Shown here: in pieces, positions 54,401-56,891 of the stretch
How positions within the stretch are numbered: position 1 is the stretch's first letter
Layout: each line of letters starts with the position of its first letter
Assembly: GCA_036630325.1 (NCBI GenBank)
Contig: CP142732.1
Coordinates: 1,178,001-1,234,891 of the forward strand
Length of the DNA stretch: 56,891 nucleotides
Source of the DNA: Vairimorpha necatrix
Lineage: Eukaryota
Reading direction: 5' to 3'
Program-made: the position numbers and the translations under genes
Notes under the pieces: model-generated
Seen by the model: only the letters and a program-made list of their open reading frames with translations
What the model was told of the DNA's origin: nothing
Database searches by the model: none

Positions 54401-54627
54401 TAAATAGATGAAATGTACGAAAGGAAGATTTACAAATGTTGATAAAAGAATGGGAAAGTGTGAGAATGATTCTTAATTTGTAAGTACTGATAGCAAAAGA
54501 TACATTAAGAAAGACATTATGACCTAGAATTTTATAAAAATGATAAATTAGAAGCTTGTAACCTGAGACTACCCGTTTGAAGGAGAAATGTTAGGGTTGA
54601 ACTTTCCTATTAAATAAATGTATAACA
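51479..54627 (+). mobile_element. Compact Ty3/Gypsy LTR retrotransposon with 38/39-bp LTRs (degenerate copy)
   Basis: Terminal direct repeats TGTTAAAGTTAAACCTCCTATTAAATTAATGTATAACA (51479-51516) and TGTTAGGGTTGAACTTTCCTATTAAATAAATGTATAACA (54589-54627). TSD TATAA on both sides. PPT gaaggagaaa. Gag knuckle CFICGRIIHIARGC, RT (IDLKEGFYH, KTAF, VYMDDI), RNase H (RTDAC), integrase (CEVC, ITDN, SNGRIER). Confidence 0.92.
51516..54560 (+). pseudogene. gag-pol polyprotein with many stops and frameshifts (gag, RT, RNase H, integrase)
   Basis: ATG at 51516 overlaps the last base of the 5' LTR. Domain order RT-RH-IN is that of Ty3/Gypsy. Confidence 0.9.
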
Positions 54628-54789
54628 TATAATCATTAATCTTAAAAAAAAATAATTGAATAAAAAAAATAGTTAGATAAATTTTTATTAAAAATTTTCT
54701 TTTTTTATTTATTTTAGTTACATATTGATTTAACTGATAAATTTTTTAAACAAAAGATTGAGGAAGTTTTGAAGGTAAAAGCTTACGTG

Positions 54790-56891
54790 TTAGTTAGGTT
54801 AGGTAGGTAGGTAGGTTAGGTAGGTTAGGTAGGTAGGTTAGGTAGGTTAGGTAGGTTAGGTAGGTTAGGTAGGTAGTAGGTTAGGTAGGTTAGGTAGGTT
54901 AGGTAGGTTAGGTAGGTTAGAGGTTAGGTTAGGTTAGGTAGGTAGGTAGGTTAGGTAGGTTAGGTAGGTTAGGTTAGGTAGGTTAGGTAGGTAGGTTAGG
55001 TAGGTAGGTTAGGTAGGGTAGGTTAGGTAGGTTAGGTAGGTTAGGTAGGTTAGGTTAGGTAGGTTAGGTAGGTAGGTAGGTAGGGTAGGTAGGTTAGGTT
55101 AGGTAGGTAGTAGGTTAGGTAGGTAGGTAAGGTAGGTTAGGTAGGTAGGGTAGGTAGGTTAGGTTAGGTAGGTAGTAGGGTTAGGTAGGTTAGGTTAGGT
55201 AGGTTAGGTAGGTAGGTTAGGTAGGTAGGTAGGTTAGGTAGGTTAGGTAGGTAGGTAGGTTAGGTAGGTTAGGTAGGTAGGTTAGGTAGGTAGGTTAGGT
55301 AGGTTAGGTTAGGTTAGGTTAGGTTAGGTAGGTTAGGTAGGTAGGTTAGGTAGGTTAGGTTAGGTTAGGTTAGGTAGGTTAGGTTAGGTAGGTTAGGTTA
55401 GGTAGGTAGGTTAGGTAGGGTAGGTTAGGTAGGTAGGTAGGTAGGTAGGTAGGTTAGGTAGGTAGGTTAGGTTAGGTAGGTAGGTTAGGTAGGTAGGTAG
55501 GTAGGTAGGTAGGTTAGGTTAGGTAGGTTAGGTAGGTTAGGTAGGTTAGGTAGGTTAGGTAGGTTAGGTAGGTTAGGTAGGTTAGGTAGGTAGGTAGGTA
55601 GGTTAGGTAGGTTAGGTAGGTAGGTAGGTTAGGTTAGGTAGGTTAGGTAGGTTAGGTAGGTTAGGTAGGTTAGGTAGGTTAGGTAGGTAGGTTAGGTTAG
55701 GTAGGTTAGGTAGGTTAGGTTAGGTAGGTAGGTTAGGTAGGTTAGGTAGGTTAGGTTAGGTTAGGTAGGTTAGGTAGGTTAGGTAGGTTAGGTAGGTAGG
55801 TAGGTTAGGTTAGGTAGGTTAGGTAGGTTAGGTAGGTAGGTTAGGTAGGTAGGTAGGTAGGTTAGGTAGGTTAGGTAGGTAGGTAGGTAGGTTAGGTAGG
55901 TAGGTTAGGTAGGTTAGGTAGGTTAGGTAGGTAGGTTAGGTAGGTAGGTTAGGTAGGTTAGGTAGGTTAGGTAGGTTAGGTAGGTTAGGTAGGTTAGGTA
56001 GGTTAGGTAGGTAGGTAGGTTAGGTAGGTAGGTTAGGTAGGTAGGTAGGTAGGTAGGTTAGGTAGGTAGGTTAGGTAGGTAGGTAGGTAGGTAGGTAGGT
56101 TAGGTAGGTTAGGTAGGTAGGTTAGGTAGGTAGGTTAGGTAGGTTAGGTTAGGTTAGGTAGGTTAGGTAGGTTAGGTAGGTAGGTTAGGTAGGTTAGGTA
56201 GGTAGGTAGGTTAGGTAGGTTAGGTAGGTAGGTAGGTTAGGTAGGTAGGTAGGTAGGTAGGTTAGGTAGGTAGGTTAGGTTAGGTAGGTTAGGTAGGTTA
56301 GGTAGGTAGGTTAGGTAGGTAGGTAGGTAGGTTAGGTAGGTAGGTAGGTTAGGTAGGTTAGGTTAGGTAGGTAGGTTAGGTAGGTTAGGTTAGGTAGGTA
56401 GGTTAGGTTAGGTAGGTAGGTAGGTTAGGTTAGGTAGGTTAGGTAGGTTAGGTAGGTAGGTTAGGTAGGTAGGTTAGGTAGGTTAGGTAGGTTAGGTAGG
56501 TTAGGTTAGGTAGGTTAGGTAGGTAGGTTAGGTAGGTTAGGTAGGTAGGTTAGGTAGGTAGGTAGGTAGGTAGGTTAGGTAGGTTAGGTAGGTTAGGTAG
56601 GTAGGTTAGGTAGGTGGTAGGTAGGTTAGGTTAGGTAGGTAGGTTAGGTAGGTAGGTTAGGTAGGTTAGGTTAGGTTAGGTAGGTTAGGTAGGTAGGTTA
56701 GGTAGGTTAGGTAGGTAGGTAGGTTAGGTAGGTTAGGTAGGTAGGTAGGTAGGTTAGGTAGGTTAGGTAGGTTAGGTAGGTTAGGTAGGTTAGGTAGGTA
56801 GGTAGGTTAGGTAGGTTAGGTAGGTAGGTTAGGTAGGTAGGTTAGGTAGGTTAGGTAGGTTAGGTAGGTAGGTAGGTTAGGTAGGTAGGTA
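54790..56891 (+). repeat. Telomere: irregular composite (TAGG)/(TTAGG) array
   Basis: About 2.1 kb of G-rich-strand repeats running to the end of the window. Confidence 0.97.

Overview
A very AT-rich, gene-poor eukaryotic chromosome end. It finishes in about 2.1 kb of telomere made of irregularly mixed TAGG and TTAGG units. That telomere type, the CCC/GGG motifs just upstream of start codons and the transposon set (Merlin, Ginger/KRBA2-like integrase, Ty3/Gypsy) point to a microsporidian, most likely Nosema/Vairimorpha-like (inference). Only two intact host-type genes are visible, both with signal peptides and no recognisable domain (4518-5048 and 18980-21187), plus decayed paralogues. The rest is mobile DNA, often with TIRs or LTRs and TSDs readable to the base: a Ginger-type DNA transposon with tRNA-derived TIR segments, two Merlin elements, a Mutator-like MITE, a gag-only LTR element, solo LTRs and a 160-bp satellite. 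The most unusual items are (1) a complete 3.15-kb Ty3/Gypsy element with only 38/39-bp LTRs and no visible protease, next to the telomere; (2) a ~780-bp structured, non-coding GC-rich island headed by a tRNA-Gly-like sequence; (3) a structured non-coding segment carrying a possible TAGG/TTAGG telomerase template (speculative). No rRNA genes or CRISPR arrays were seen.
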